64,000 nt of DNA, from NCBI GenBank assembly GCA_963717935.1, contig CAVQXP010000004.1, positions 1,088,001 to 1,152,000 of the forward strand, in the 5' to 3' direction. This DNA is from Candidatus Eiseniibacteriota bacterium. Its GTDB lineage: Bacteria > Eisenbacteria > RBG-16-71-46. Positions 40,638 through 52,242 of the stretch are shown in pieces. How positions within the stretch are numbered: position 1 is the stretch's first letter; every line of letters starts with the position of its first letter. The notes beneath the pieces were generated by a model. It did not search any database, was not told the origin of the DNA, and saw nothing but the letters and a program-made list of their open reading frames with translations. Made by a program: the position numbers and the translations under genes.

Positions 40638-42038
40638 GTGCGTGCCCCCCACCGTCAGGTCCTCGCCAGCGCGGTCTTCGTGCTCGACGGCGCGATCATC
40701 GCCGCCTCGTGGCTCGGCTCCTACTGGCTGCGCTTCCACGCGCTGGGGATCCCGGCGCCGCTCGGGGTGCCGCCGCTCTCCTTCTACCTGTGGTTCGGCG
40801 CGGTGCTCACGCCCTTCGCGCTGCTGGTGCTGCGCACCTTCCGGATCTACCGCTCGGCGCGCACCGCGCGGCTCTCCCGGGAACTGTCGGCGCTGGTCCA
40901 GGGCATGGTCATCGTCACCGCCTTCGCGGCAGTGGCCTCGTTCTTCACCCGGGGCGAGTTGTCGCGCGCCACGCTGGTCCTCTTCGTGGTGCTCGCGACG
41001 ACGCTGCTCCTCGGCAGCCGGCTGGCCATCCGCGCGGCGCTGCGCTCCATGCGCCGGCACGGGCGCAACCTGCGCGGCACGCTGGTCGTGGGCACCGGCG
41101 AGCTGGCGGTCGCGCTGCTCGGGAAGATCCGCGAGCACCGCGACTTCGGTCTCTCCGTGCGGGGGTTCGTCGCGGCTGACGCGGCGCTCGTCGGCACGCA
41201 GATCGCGGGTCTGCCGGTGCTGGGCGCGGTGGGCGACCTGCCGGGCCTGGCCGAGCGCAGCGGAGCCGAACTCGTCTATCTGGCGCTGGCGCGTTCCGAA
41301 TACGAGGCCGAGCACGAGGCGCTCGAGCGTCTCGCCGACTCGACCGCGGCGGTGCGGCTGGTGCCGGACCTGGCGCGCGCGTTCACGCTGAACGCCAGCG
41401 TCGAGGACTTCGACGGCATGCCCGTGGTGCTGGTGACCGAGAGCCCGGGGCAGGGCTGGAACGCGGTCCTCAAGCGCGCCTTCGACCTGGTCCTCTCGGC
41501 GCCGGGACTGGTGGTCCTCTCGCCGGTGCTGGCGGCGCTCGCGCTCTGGGTCCGGCTCGACTCGCCGGGTCCGGCGCTCTACGCGCAGGAGCGCGTGGGC
41601 CTGAGCGGGAAGCGCTTCCGCATGCTCAAGTTCCGCACCATGCGCGTGGATGCCGAGGCCGGGGGCGAGCCCGGCTGGACGAAGCCGGGCGATCCGCGGC
41701 GCACGCGCGCGGGGCGCCTCCTGCGGCCGCTCTCGCTCGACGAGCTGCCGCAGCTCTGGAATGTGTTCCGCGGCGAGATGAGCCTGGTGGGGCCGCGCCC
41801 CGAGCGGCCGATGTACGTGGAGCAGTTCCGCGCCTCGGTGCCGCGCTACATGCTGCGCCACCACGTGAAGGCCGGCATCACCGGCTGGGCGCAGGTCCAC
41901 GGCCTGCGGGGTGACACGCCGCTCGACCGCCGCATCGAGTACGACCTCTACTACGTCCGGAACTGGTCGCTGGGCCTCGACCTGCGGATCCTGTTCCTGA
42001 CGCTGTGGCGGGTCTTCCGCGACGCCAGCGCGCACTAG
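40638..42038 (+). CDS. wcaJ: Undecaprenyl-phosphate glucose phosphotransferase (WcaJ-like initiating transferase)
   Basis: N-terminal TM helices, KRAFDL, KFRTM, LDELPQLWNV..GEMSLVGPRPER, GITGWAQV, DLYYVRNWS. Confidence 0.9.
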   Translation: MRAPHRQVLASAVFVLDGAIIAASWLGSYWLRFHALGIPAPLGVPPLSFYLWFGAVLTPFALLVLRTFRIYRSARTARLSRELSALVQGMVIVTAFAAVASFFTRGELSRATLVLFVVLATTLLLGSRLAIRAALRSMRRHGRNLRGTLVVGTGELAVALLGKIREHRDFGLSVRGFVAADAALVGTQIAGLPVLGAVGDLPGLAERSGAELVYLALARSEYEAEHEALERLADSTAAVRLVPDLARAFTLNASVEDFDGMPVVLVTESPGQGWNAVLKRAFDLVLSAPGLVVLSPVLAALALWVRLDSPGPALYAQERVGLSGKRFRMLKFRTMRVDAEAGGEPGWTKPGDPRRTRAGRLLRPLSLDELPQLWNVFRGEMSLVGPRPERPMYVEQFRASVPRYMLRHHVKAGITGWAQVHGLRGDTPLDRRIEYDLYYVRNWSLGLDLRILFLTLWRVFRDASAH

Positions 42039-42084
42039 GAGCCTGCCGGGTGATGGCTCGGACGAGTCCCTGGCGGCGCGGCCT

Positions 42085-43188
42085 TCAGCCCCGCAGCGCT
42101 TCCTCGTAGGCGTCGAGCGTGCCGCTCGCGGTGCGCTCGAAGGTGAACTCGCGCGCCCGGGCGAAGCCGTCGCGCACCAGTTCCTGCCGCCTCGCGGTAT
42201 CCGCGAGCAACGCCGTGATCGCGACGCTCCACGCCTGCGGATCGCCGGGCGGGAGCGAGGCGGCGGCCGCGCCCAGGGTCTCGGGCAGGGCGCCGGCGTC
42301 CGAGGCGAGCACGGGCGTGCCGCAGGCCATGGCCTCGAGGGGCGGCAGACCGAAGCCTTCGGCCAGCGAGGGCTGCACGTAGAGCGCGGCCCCGGAGTAG
42401 AGGCGGGCGAGGTCCCCCTCGTCGCGGAGCGGGCCCGCGAAGTGCACGGTGGCGGCCAGGTCCAGCCGGCCGGCGAGGCGGGCGAGGGGCTCGTCCGGGC
42501 TCCAGGCGGGCCCCGAGAGCACGAGCGGCGGGCGCGAGGCGATCGGGATGCGGGCCAGGGCCTCGAGCAGGACCGGGAGGTTCTTGTGGGGCTTGCGCGC
42601 GCCGACGTAGAGCAGGTAGCCGGCCGGAAGCGCACGGGCGGCGCGGAACGCTTCGACCTCGGCCGCGGGGACCGGGGCGAATCCGGGCGGGACCCCGAGC
42701 GGGACCACGCGCACCTTCGCCTCGGGCACGCGCAGCAGATCCACCACCTCGCGCCGGGCGTGGGACGAGTCCACCAGCACGAGCCGCGCGCGTCTTGCGG
42801 CCATCCCGGCCATGGCGCGCGCGTAGAGCGCGGCGCCCGGCGGGAAGAACTGCGGGAAGCGCACGTGGATGAGGTCGTGGATCGTGACCACCGCGGGCCC
42901 GCGCCAGCCGAGCGGCAGGGTGTAGTGAGGCTCGTGCAGCAGCTCGACGCCCGCGCGCCGCGCCGCGCGCGGCACGGCCAGGTGCTCGCCGAGCCCGTAC
43001 CTGGCGGCCCGCACGGGGACCTCGCGCACGCGCCCGCCCGCGCGGGCCATGCTGCCCCGGTCGGCGGGGTCCACGAGCGCGACGAACTCGTGGCCGCGGG
43101 GAGTCCGCGCCAGCGCGCCGAGCAGTCCGCGGATATAGGTGCCGATGCCGCCGTCCCGGAGCTTGCGCGCGTCGAGCCCGACGATCAT
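42085..43188 (-). CDS. Glycosyltransferase family 4 (MtfB/WbaZ-like)
   Basis: GIGTY, VTIHDL, YVGARKPHKN, EGFGLPPLEAMACG. Confidence 0.92.
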   Translation of the reverse strand: MIVGLDARKLRDGGIGTYIRGLLGALARTPRGHEFVALVDPADRGSMARAGGRVREVPVRAARYGLGEHLAVPRAARRAGVELLHEPHYTLPLGWRGPAVVTIHDLIHVRFPQFFPPGAALYARAMAGMAARRARLVLVDSSHARREVVDLLRVPEAKVRVVPLGVPPGFAPVPAAEVEAFRAARALPAGYLLYVGARKPHKNLPVLLEALARIPIASRPPLVLSGPAWSPDEPLARLAGRLDLAATVHFAGPLRDEGDLARLYSGAALYVQPSLAEGFGLPPLEAMACGTPVLASDAGALPETLGAAAASLPPGDPQAWSVAITALLADTARRQELVRDGFARAREFTFERTASGTLDAYEEALRG

Positions 43189-43216
43189 CGTCTCATCCGC
43201 TCGCGCGCGGGCGCGG

Positions 43217-44188
<972 letters not shown>

Positions 44189-44251
44189 TTAGTCTCCGGG
44201 GAGCGTCGAGGGAAGTCAAGGAACGCAGGCGCGCGGCGCCCCCCCCGGGGC

Positions 44252-45049
44252 TCAGCTCTTCTTCAGCGTCGCGAAGTGCCGGCGGTACCAGGCCACGAAG
44301 CGGCCGAGCCCCGCGCGCTGCAGCCACTCGCGCGTCTCGAGGCGCGCCACGAGGAGCAGGAAGAACGCCTGCGAGCGGTGCCAGGCCGAAGAAGAGTGGC
44401 GCCGCCGGATGTCGCGGCTCTCTCGCTGCGTCCGCCAGGCCGAGCGCTCGGACTGCCCGCCGTAGGCCATGCGGGCGAGCGGCTGCGGGATCACGCGGAA
44501 GCGCGCGCCCGCGGCGTGGAGGCGCAGGAAGAACTCGTAGTCCATGGCGTTCGGGAACGCCACGTCGAACCCTCCGTGCCGCTCGAACGACTCGCGCCGC
44601 ACGAAGGTGGCCGGATGGTTGACGGTCATCTCGGCCGGCAGCCGCGCGGGGTCGCAGTGATAGACGACCTCGCCGGTGCGCTCGCGCTTGACGAGCCAGC
44701 CGCACAGCACGTCGGCGTCGCCGGCCGCGGCGTGCCGCGCCACGCTGGCCAACGCCCCGGGCAGGTACTCGTCGTCGGCGTGCAGGTGGGCGACCCACTC
44801 GCCGCCCGCCAGCCGTACGCCCTTGTTCATGGCGTCGGCGATGCCCCGGTCGGGCTCCGAGAGCGTGCGCACGCCCAGGGGCCTGAGCTCCTCCAGGTAC
44901 TCGGGCGTCCCGTCGCTCGAGGCGCCATCCACGATCCAGTACTCCAGCGCCGGATAGGCCTGGGACAGCACGCTGGCGACCGTGCGCCGCAGGGCCGGGA
45001 GCCGGTTCCGGCAGACGGTGATCACCGTGATGCGGGGCGGGGCGCTCAA
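44252..45049 (-). CDS. Glycosyltransferase family 2 (WcaE-like)
   Basis: ITVITVC.N, IVDGASSDGT, SEPDRGI.DAMNKG, LHADD, HPATF. Confidence 0.92.
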   Translation of the reverse strand: MSAPPRITVITVCRNRLPALRRTVASVLSQAYPALEYWIVDGASSDGTPEYLEELRPLGVRTLSEPDRGIADAMNKGVRLAGGEWVAHLHADDEYLPGALASVARHAAAGDADVLCGWLVKRERTGEVVYHCDPARLPAEMTVNHPATFVRRESFERHGGFDVAFPNAMDYEFFLRLHAAGARFRVIPQPLARMAYGGQSERSAWRTQRESRDIRRRHSSSAWHRSQAFFLLLVARLETREWLQRAGLGRFVAWYRRHFATLKKS

Positions 45050-46137
45050 TCCAGCTCTCCGTAGACGGCTTCGAGCCCGGCCGCGCAGGCGTCCCAGGAG
45101 AAGCGCGCGGCCTGCGCCCGGCGCGCCGCCACGCGAGGGGCCGTGCGCCCCTCGGCGAGGCAGCGGCGGATGCCTTCACGGATGCTCTCGGTGTTCTGCG
45201 GCTCGACGTAGAACGCATCCTTGCCGCCCACCTCGGGCAGGGCGGAGAGGTTCGAGGCCACGACCGGACAGCCGAGCCCGAAGGCCTCGAGCACCGGCAG
45301 GCCGAAGCCCTCCCAGAGCGACGTGTAGAGGAGCCCGGCGGCGTGCTCGTAGGCCCAGCGCAACTGGGAGTCCGGGCAACCGGTCTGGCGCACGCGCGCG
45401 GTCACGCCGAGCGCCGCCAGCCGCGCGACCTCGTCCGCACGGAACGGACCGCCGCCGATGCAGAGCAGCGACGTCCCGGCGGCCTCGCCGCACGCCGCCC
45501 AGGCTTCGAGGGTGCGCAGGAAGTTCTTGTAGCTGTGCCGCTCGCCGATCCAGAGCAGGAACGGACGATCGAGGCCCTTCAGCGCGACGGAGGGGACGGG
45601 GGCCCAGTCCCGCCCGGCGAGCAGGACCACGCGGGTCTTCTCCTGCGGGACCCCGAGCAGCTCCACGACGTCGCGGCGCGTCGCCTGCGAGATGCACACG
45701 ATGCGGTCGGCGCGCGCGCACAGCGCGGCCTTGTGGACGGCCGGGTCGCGGCGGCCCCACCAGCGCCGCCGCGCGATCGCGGGGAAGCGCTCGTGGGTCA
45801 TGTCGTACACGGTCAGCACCAGCGGCGCCGAGCGCGGCAGGCCGCGCGGGTCGCGGTAGTAGGTCGGGTGCAGGATGACGCCCCGGCGGCCGCCCAGGGC
45901 GGCGCGGTCGAGCAGCGCGTTCCAGGGCGCGGCGAGACGCGCGCCGCCGGGGAAGGCCGGCAGGCGCAGGGCGTGTCGCGCGCGCGCGCCCAGGGCGGCC
46001 AGCTCCGCGGACTGATGGAGGCCCGCCACGACCTCGGCCGGGCGCTTCAGGCGCCGGATCACCTCGGTGAAGTAGCGCGTGATGCCGCCGCGGTCCTGCA
46101 GGCGGAAGATGTCGCCCGTATAGAGCACGGCGCGCAT
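45046..46137 (-). CDS. Glycosyltransferase family 4
   Basis: GGITRYF, HPTYY, TVYDMTHE, YKNF, EGFGLPVLEA. Confidence 0.92.
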   Translation of the reverse strand: MRAVLYTGDIFRLQDRGGITRYFTEVIRRLKRPAEVVAGLHQSAELAALGARARHALRLPAFPGGARLAAPWNALLDRAALGGRRGVILHPTYYRDPRGLPRSAPLVLTVYDMTHERFPAIARRRWWGRRDPAVHKAALCARADRIVCISQATRRDVVELLGVPQEKTRVVLLAGRDWAPVPSVALKGLDRPFLLWIGERHSYKNFLRTLEAWAACGEAAGTSLLCIGGGPFRADEVARLAALGVTARVRQTGCPDSQLRWAYEHAAGLLYTSLWEGFGLPVLEAFGLGCPVVASNLSALPEVGGKDAFYVEPQNTESIREGIRRCLAEGRTAPRVAARRAQAARFSWDACAAGLEAVYGELD

Positions 46138-46928
46138 CAGGCGCCCCCCGTGCGGCGCAGGCGCTCGGAGTCGGGCAGGGTGAGCGAAGGCCGGCGGTGG
46201 CGCACGAGCGGGAAGAGCAGCCGGCCGAGGCGCTCGGCGGCGTGCCAGCGCCAGGCGGGGAACGGGCGCTTCGCGAAGACCTGGTGGAAGGGGCCGACGA
46301 TCGCGTGAGGATAGCCGCAGTCGCGACCGAGCCGCTCGAGCGTGCGGCGCTCGTAGAACGCGACGTGCTGGCCGGTCTCGGGGGCGAGGTACCACCAGTC
46401 CGGCGAGGGCGGCGAGGTCGGCGGGACCTCCGTGCTGGTGACGAGGTAGTCGGCGCCGAAGGCCGCGAGCCGCTGGAATTCCTCGAGCGGCCGGACGAGG
46501 TGCTCGAGCACCTCGAAGGCGGTGCAGACGGCCGGGCGCCCGAGGTCCTCCCGCCATTCGAAGCCCTGCGCGAAGAGGTTCTGCGCGTGGGGGTCGAGCC
46601 AGTGGAACCGGAATCCCGCGTCGCGCATGAGGCGCGTGAACACGCCCCGGCCGCCGGCGTAGTCGAGGCACGGCTCGTCGTGCACGCCCGACAGATCGAG
46701 GAAAACGGCCGTCACCGCGCGCAGGTGGGCGTTGCGCGCGAGGAGCCCGGTGTCGGCGGGGTGGATGGCGTCGCGGTAGGCCTCCGCCAGCCAGTGCGGT
46801 TCGCCGGTCTGGGTGAGACCGCAGGCCTCGCAGTGATGGTAGCCGGTGCGGTGGCGGCCCAGCACGGTCTTCTCGAAGCACAGCGTGGTCGCGCCTCCGC
46901 AGAGCCGGCAGACCAGCGGCGCCGTCAT
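46137..46928 (-). CDS. Class I SAM methyltransferase with N-terminal Zn-binding motif
   Basis: CRLC...CEAC, LDYAGGRG, AFEVLEH, WWYL...GQHVAFY. Confidence 0.88.
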   Translation of the reverse strand: MTAPLVCRLCGGATTLCFEKTVLGRHRTGYHHCEACGLTQTGEPHWLAEAYRDAIHPADTGLLARNAHLRAVTAVFLDLSGVHDEPCLDYAGGRGVFTRLMRDAGFRFHWLDPHAQNLFAQGFEWREDLGRPAVCTAFEVLEHLVRPLEEFQRLAAFGADYLVTSTEVPPTSPPSPDWWYLAPETGQHVAFYERRTLERLGRDCGYPHAIVGPFHQVFAKRPFPAWRWHAAERLGRLLFPLVRHRRPSLTLPDSERLRRTGGA

Positions 46929-48073
46929 CGGGCCCCCCCCGTCACGCCCAGCGTCCGTGCCAGCGCGGCGCGCACGGCCGCCGCGTAGTGCGCGGGAAGG
47001 TAGGCGCGGCGCATGAGAGCGAGGCTGCCCGCAGCCCGCTCCGCCAGCCGTTCGGGCGGCTGTTCGGCCAGCTCGCGGACCACCCGCCGCAGGGTCCCGG
47101 GACGGCAGTCGGGCAGCACCAGGACCTCGGGCTCGTCGAAGCCGCACTCGGCGCTCACGACGCAGGGCATGCCGTAGGAGAGCGCGGTGCTCACGCTCCC
47201 CGCCTGCCCCTCGGAGCACGAGGGCAGGATCATCGCGCCGCAGCCGGCCTGGAGCTCGCGGAATCCGGCCGACTTCACCGCCACCGCCCCCACGGCGCGG
47301 ATGCTGGCCGTGCCGGACAGCTCCCGCCGGTAGGCGCGGGCGAAATCGCGCTCCGCGCCGAACGGGCTGCACACCACCAGCTCGAGGTCCGGTTCCCCGG
47401 CGAACAGCTCGAGCAGCAGGTCGAGACCCTTGTGCACCTGCCCGTTGCCGCCCAGGAAGAGGAAGCGGCGCGGATCGCGCCGGGCCGCCTCGGTGGGCGT
47501 CACGTCGTCGTAGGCGTGATTCGGGAGCCGGTGACAGGGCGGCAGGCGGTAGCCCGCGTAGGTGGCGAGCGAGGCGTCGCTGCCGAAGTAGAAGAAGGCA
47601 TCGAACGATTCGAGCACGTGCCGCGGGAAGGGCGCGCACCGGCGCCGCGGCCGCAGCCTCACGCCGCGCCGCCGCTCCAGGTCGGCCAGCCGGGCCGTCT
47701 CGGCCGCGTTGCTGAACTCCGGATCGCTCCCGGTGATGTAGCAGATGCGCTTCGCGCCGGGCCGCAGGCGTTCCTCGTAGAGCGGATGCTCGACCGGGTG
47801 CAGGTCCACGACGAGGTCGTAGCCGTGCCGCAGGAGCCCCGCGCGGCGCTCGTCGAAATCCACGACGTCCACGTCGTAGCCCAGCTCCGCGATGGCGCGG
47901 GCGAGCTCGCGCTGCTGGGCGATGTTCTGGTGCGTGGCGGGCGCGGAGGGGACCCGGAACGCCCCGACGCCGTACATCAGCAGCGCGTGCCGCGGCGCGC
48001 CGGAACCCGCCACCCCGCGAGCGATCCCGGCGCCGAAGAGCCGGCGGCGCAGCTTCCAGAGCAGAGCGTTCAC
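46925..48073 (-). CDS. Glycosyltransferase (GT-B, family 4-like)
   Basis: FLFLGG.GQVHKGLDLLLE, PSCSEGQ..SV...G. Confidence 0.88.
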   Translation of the reverse strand: MNALLWKLRRRLFGAGIARGVAGSGAPRHALLMYGVGAFRVPSAPATHQNIAQQRELARAIAELGYDVDVVDFDERRAGLLRHGYDLVVDLHPVEHPLYEERLRPGAKRICYITGSDPEFSNAAETARLADLERRRGVRLRPRRRCAPFPRHVLESFDAFFYFGSDASLATYAGYRLPPCHRLPNHAYDDVTPTEAARRDPRRFLFLGGNGQVHKGLDLLLELFAGEPDLELVVCSPFGAERDFARAYRRELSGTASIRAVGAVAVKSAGFRELQAGCGAMILPSCSEGQAGSVSTALSYGMPCVVSAECGFDEPEVLVLPDCRPGTLRRVVRELAEQPPERLAERAAGSLALMRRAYLPAHYAAAVRAALARTLGVTGGAR

Positions 48074-49401
48074 CGCGGCTCCGTGGGCAGCAGGGCGCGG
48101 CACTGCAGCCGGAACAGCGGCCGCGTGTGGGGCGTGACGGCGTTCATCAGCACGTAGGCTACGAGGAAGGCCAGCAGGGTCGCCAGCGCGGACCCGCGGG
48201 CTCCGAGCGGCGGGATCAGGACGGCGTTCAGGGCGATGTTGACGGCCGCCGCGACGAGGCTGCGCGCCATGAGTTCGCGCTGCCGGCCCTCGGCGATGAA
48301 CCAGTTGCTCTGGGCGACGCCCAGGAAGAGCGCCGGCGCGGCCCACAGATGGAGCGCCAGCACGGGCGCCGACGCGCGGAACGCCTCGCCGAAGAGCAGG
48401 CGCGTCACCGGACCGGCGAACAGCGAGAGCGGCAGCGCGAGCCCGACGGCCGTCCACAGGAGCAGGCGGAACAGCCGGCCGAGCCGCCGCATGTAGCGGG
48501 CCCGGTCCTCCGCGTGTAGCTGCAGCAGGCCCGGATTGGCCGCGGCCGAGAGCGCGACCGGGACGAAGTAGAGGATCTCCGAGAGCCGCTGCGCCGCGGC
48601 GTAGATCCCGTTCTCCGCCTCCCCGCGCATCAGGGTCAGCATCACCTGGTCGGTGCGCGCGGCGAAGATGATGGCCACGCTGTTCAGGACGAGCGGCCAG
48701 GCGTCGCCGAGCAGCCGCCGGGCGAGGTCGCCGCGGAAGCGCCAGCGCGCGGGAGGGGCGCCCTGCATGCGGAAGGCGATCATCAGACCGAGCGCCGCGA
48801 GCCAGCCCTCGAGGGCGATGGCGGCCGCCAGCAGCACGAGCGGGGCATGCATCAGCAGGCAGGCGACCTTGATGGCCGACGCGGTGACGAAGGCGGCACC
48901 GCGGGCGGCGATGAAGGGCGGGAAGCTGGAGCGGCTCTGGAACCACCAGGCGATGACGTCCATGGCCTGGAAGAAGGTCACGCTGGCGAAGAGCAACGTG
49001 AGGGCACGCACGCTCGCGTCCCCCGGGCGCGCGAACGTGGCCGCCGCGAGCGAGAGCAGCAGGGCGAGCCCGGACCCGGCGAGCCGCAGCCCCGCCGCGG
49101 TGCCCAGGATCGCCGGGGCTTCACCCGGACGGCGCACCAGGTCACGCACCACGATGGACTCGAGGCCCAGTTCGCCGGCTATGGCGGCCAGCCCCACGAG
49201 GCTCTGCGCGAACCCCAGCAGGCCCAGCCCGCTGGCCCCGAGGTAGCGGATGATCCAGACGTTGATGACGAGGCCCACGACCAGGCGGAAGACGCGGTCG
49301 CCGAGCTGCCAGCCGACGTTGACGCGGAACGCGAGCGCCTCGGGGCTCCCGCCCGCGAGGAGGGCGAGCCATTCGGACGGGCGCCAGCCGCCCTTCAGCA
49401 T
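48070..49401 (-). CDS. wzx: Second oligosaccharide flippase (Wzx)
   Basis: N..WQ..DRVFR...IIRYLG, LGLESIVVRDL, RTDQVML, GIYAAA; multi-TM. Confidence 0.88.
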   Translation of the reverse strand: MLKGGWRPSEWLALLAGGSPEALAFRVNVGWQLGDRVFRLVVGLVINVWIIRYLGASGLGLLGFAQSLVGLAAIAGELGLESIVVRDLVRRPGEAPAILGTAAGLRLAGSGLALLLSLAAATFARPGDASVRALTLLFASVTFFQAMDVIAWWFQSRSSFPPFIAARGAAFVTASAIKVACLLMHAPLVLLAAAIALEGWLAALGLMIAFRMQGAPPARWRFRGDLARRLLGDAWPLVLNSVAIIFAARTDQVMLTLMRGEAENGIYAAAQRLSEILYFVPVALSAAANPGLLQLHAEDRARYMRRLGRLFRLLLWTAVGLALPLSLFAGPVTRLLFGEAFRASAPVLALHLWAAPALFLGVAQSNWFIAEGRQRELMARSLVAAAVNIALNAVLIPPLGARGSALATLLAFLVAYVLMNAVTPHTRPLFRLQCRALLPTEPR

Positions 49402-50569
49402 GACGCCTTCCAGGCGGCGTGGGCCCGCTCGAACGCCGCGCGGAAATTCCGGTCGAACTCCTCCGCGGCGAAGGGCAGCGCGAGCGCGCGCAACTCGGCC
49501 GGGTCGAAGCGCTCGCGCTCGAAGAGTTCGATGGCGGCGGCCAGCCCGTCGACCGTCTGGGTGCCGAAGAGCACGCCGCCCGGGCACGCGCGCCACGCCG
49601 CCCGCCGCCACCGCGCGCCAGCGCCTCGGGGCTCGCGCCGCGGCCCACGGTCTCGAGCGCGCCGCCGCGGCCGAAGGCGATCACCGGCGTGCCGCTCGCC
49701 AGGGCTTCGAGCGGGATGATGCCGAAGTCCTCCTCGCCGGGGAAGAGCAGCGCCCGCGCGCTCGGCGTAGACCTCGCCGATCTCGTCGTCGCCCACCCAG
49801 CCGCGGAACTCGGTCGCCGGCGGGGCGAGCCGCCGCAGCCGCGGCTCCTCCGGTCCGGCGCCCGCGACCAGGACGCGGTGGCCGAGCCGGGCGCAGGCCA
49901 GCAGCGCCAGGTCCGCGCGCTTGTAGGGGGCGAAGGCGCCGGCGAGCAGGTAGTGCTCCCGCGCGCCCGGTGCCGCGGGCGCGCTGCGCGACGGAAGCGC
50001 TCGACGTCCACCGGCGGATAGACCACCTCCGCTTCGCGGCCCCAGTGGCGGCGGATGCGCTCGGCCACGTGCGCGGAGTCGGCGAGCAGCGCGTCCGGGC
50101 GCCGGCTGGTCCTACGGTCCCAGTCGCGCAGCCGCTCGCAGGTGCGGCGCACGTACCAGGAGAGCGGCCAGGGGAAGCGACCGGGCGGGAAGTAGGCCCG
50201 CTCGAGATCCCAGACGTAGCGCATGGGCGTGAGACGTAGCTCAGGTGGAACGTGCCGGGCGCCGTGACGGCGCTCTTCGCCACGGCGTGGCTGGTCGAGA
50301 TCACGACGTCGAAGCCCGAGAGGTCGAACGACTCGATGGCGCGGGGGAAGAGCGGCAGGAACCAGCGGTAGCGCCGCTCCGGCGCCGGGCAGGCGCTGCA
50401 GGAACGAGGTGACGATGGGATGCGACTCGAGCGCCGGCGAGACCGAGCCGCGCTTCCAGACCAGCGTGTGGATGGGTGCCCCCGGGTGCAGGGCGGCGAT
50501 GCGCTCGAGCACGCGCTCGCCGCCGCGCATGCCGGTGAGCCAGTCGTGGACCAGCGCGATCCTCGTCAC
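49395..50569 (-). CDS. Glycosyltransferase family 4 with several apparent frameshifts
   Basis: IALVHDWLTGMRGGERVL, DVVISTSHAVAK, TPMRYVWD, YPPVD, PYKR.DLA and EEDFGIIPLEA spread over different frames. Confidence 0.85.
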
Positions 50570-51828
50570 GATGCGGCCTCAGGCGCGGCGGCCCCGCCGG
50601 AGGCCGCCTCCGCTGCCGGGGCCCTGGCGTCCCAGTCCCGCGCGGCCCAGGCCATGCCCACCAGCGTGAAGAGCGGGTAGAGCAGCTCCTCGTCGCCGAA
50701 GTTCCACTCGAAGAGCCCGGCGACCAGGAAGCCGGCCAGCATCGCGACGACGCTGGCGCGCAGCCCCGCCGCGAGCCCGCCCGCCGCGATCATCCGCCGC
50801 AGCCCGCGCCCGGCGGCGACGAACAGCGAGCCGTAGAGCAGCACGAAGGCGGCGAGCCCCACGAGCCCCATGCTGGCGGCGATCTGGACCGGCACGCTGT
50901 GCAGGTGGCCGGCGCGCTCGGTCGCCTGCGGCGGCTTGTAGCGGTCGTAGACCGGCTTCATGTCCTGCGGGCCCACGCCGGTGAGCGGGTGGTCGCGGAA
51001 CATGGCCGAGCCCGCCCTGCCACATGTAGGTGCGCTCGAGGTTCGTGGGGTCGTGCGGGTCGAAGGCGCTCCATGCGCGCGCGCGGTAGGACGCGGGGGC
51101 GAGCGCGAGCGCGATCACCATCGCGGCGGCCAGCGCCGGGAGCCAGCGCGGGCGCGCCAGGCCGAGCAGGGTCGCCAGCGAGACGGCCAGCCCGATCCAG
51201 GCGCTGCGCGTGTAGGTGGCGGCGAGCGCGACGCCACCGGCGAGCGCCGCGCGCGAGCGCGCCCAGCGCGCCAGCGCGGGGCGCGCTCGAGGGCGAGCAC
51301 GCCCGCGGCCAGACTCACGAAGAGCAGGAGCTGGCCCCCGAAGGTCATGTAGTGGCCGACCGCGCCGTGCGCGCGGGCCGGCCAGGCGGCTCCCTTCGCC
51401 ACGTAGAGGGCGAGCCCGAAGAGCGCGGCCAGCGTGGCGGAGACGAGCAGGACGGCCAGCGCCCGCCGGCCGCGGTGGGGCAGGCGCGCGTGGGTCGCGG
51501 CCAGCGGCACGAGCAGGGGGAAGAACGCCTTCGAGAGCCGCGGGAGGCTCGCGGCCCGGTCGAGGGCGAACCACGCGGAGAGCGCGAGCGCGATGAGCCC
51601 ACGCGAGCGTGGGCCAGGCGACCGGCGTCGCGGGCCAGCGGGTGGCGTGCGCGCCCAGACGGCCAGGGTGAGCGCGGCGCAGATCCCCGCCGCGATGGAC
51701 ATGGGCGCGATGGACCAGGGCAGCGCGGCGACGAGGAGCAGGAAGCTCCAGCCGGCCACCCGGTCGAGCGCAGGCTCGACGCCGGAACGCGGGGCGGGTG
51801 TTTCGCGAACGGGGTGGTCCTTTGGCAT
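50566..51828 (-). CDS. O-antigen ligase family protein with several apparent frameshifts
   Basis: TM-rich segments, TYTRSAWIG, ERTYMW, DHPLTGVG and HLHSVPVQ spread over three frames. Confidence 0.82.
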
Positions 51829-52028
51829 GGAGTGCGGGTGCCTTGACGCGATCTGGCACGTCGGGCCTTCCCGCCGCTGCCGGAACTCGCGGACGCCGCA
51901 CGCTATCGGAGGGCGCAGAGGCTGTCCAGAAGGGCGAGGTCGCGGGCCGGGCCGCCGGGGGTGTGACGGTGGGAGTCGAGTGCCCTTTGGCGGCCGCGAC
52001 AGGGGTTTCGGAGCCGGGCGCAGAGTCC

Positions 52029-52059
52029 TTGACGTCTGGCCGGTTCCTTGGGGTATCAT
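52029..52059 (+). promoter_or_regulatory. Sigma70-type promoter candidate
   Basis: TTGACG-19 nt-TATCAT (spacer long, in an indel-prone region). Confidence 0.5.
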
Positions 52060-52242
52060 GCGATGACCTCGAGACCGTCGGCCATGCAGACGGTCGAATC
52101 GAGGGTCGCATCGGACGGCGCCTGTATCGCGTTGCGTCCGTGGTGGCTCGTCTTTGTGTGTCTGGGTTCGCCGACGTGTCAGGGACCTCGGCCAGCGCGA
52201 ACCCAGCATCGGCCGTGAAGCGGGTCCATGGAGGGAACGCTT

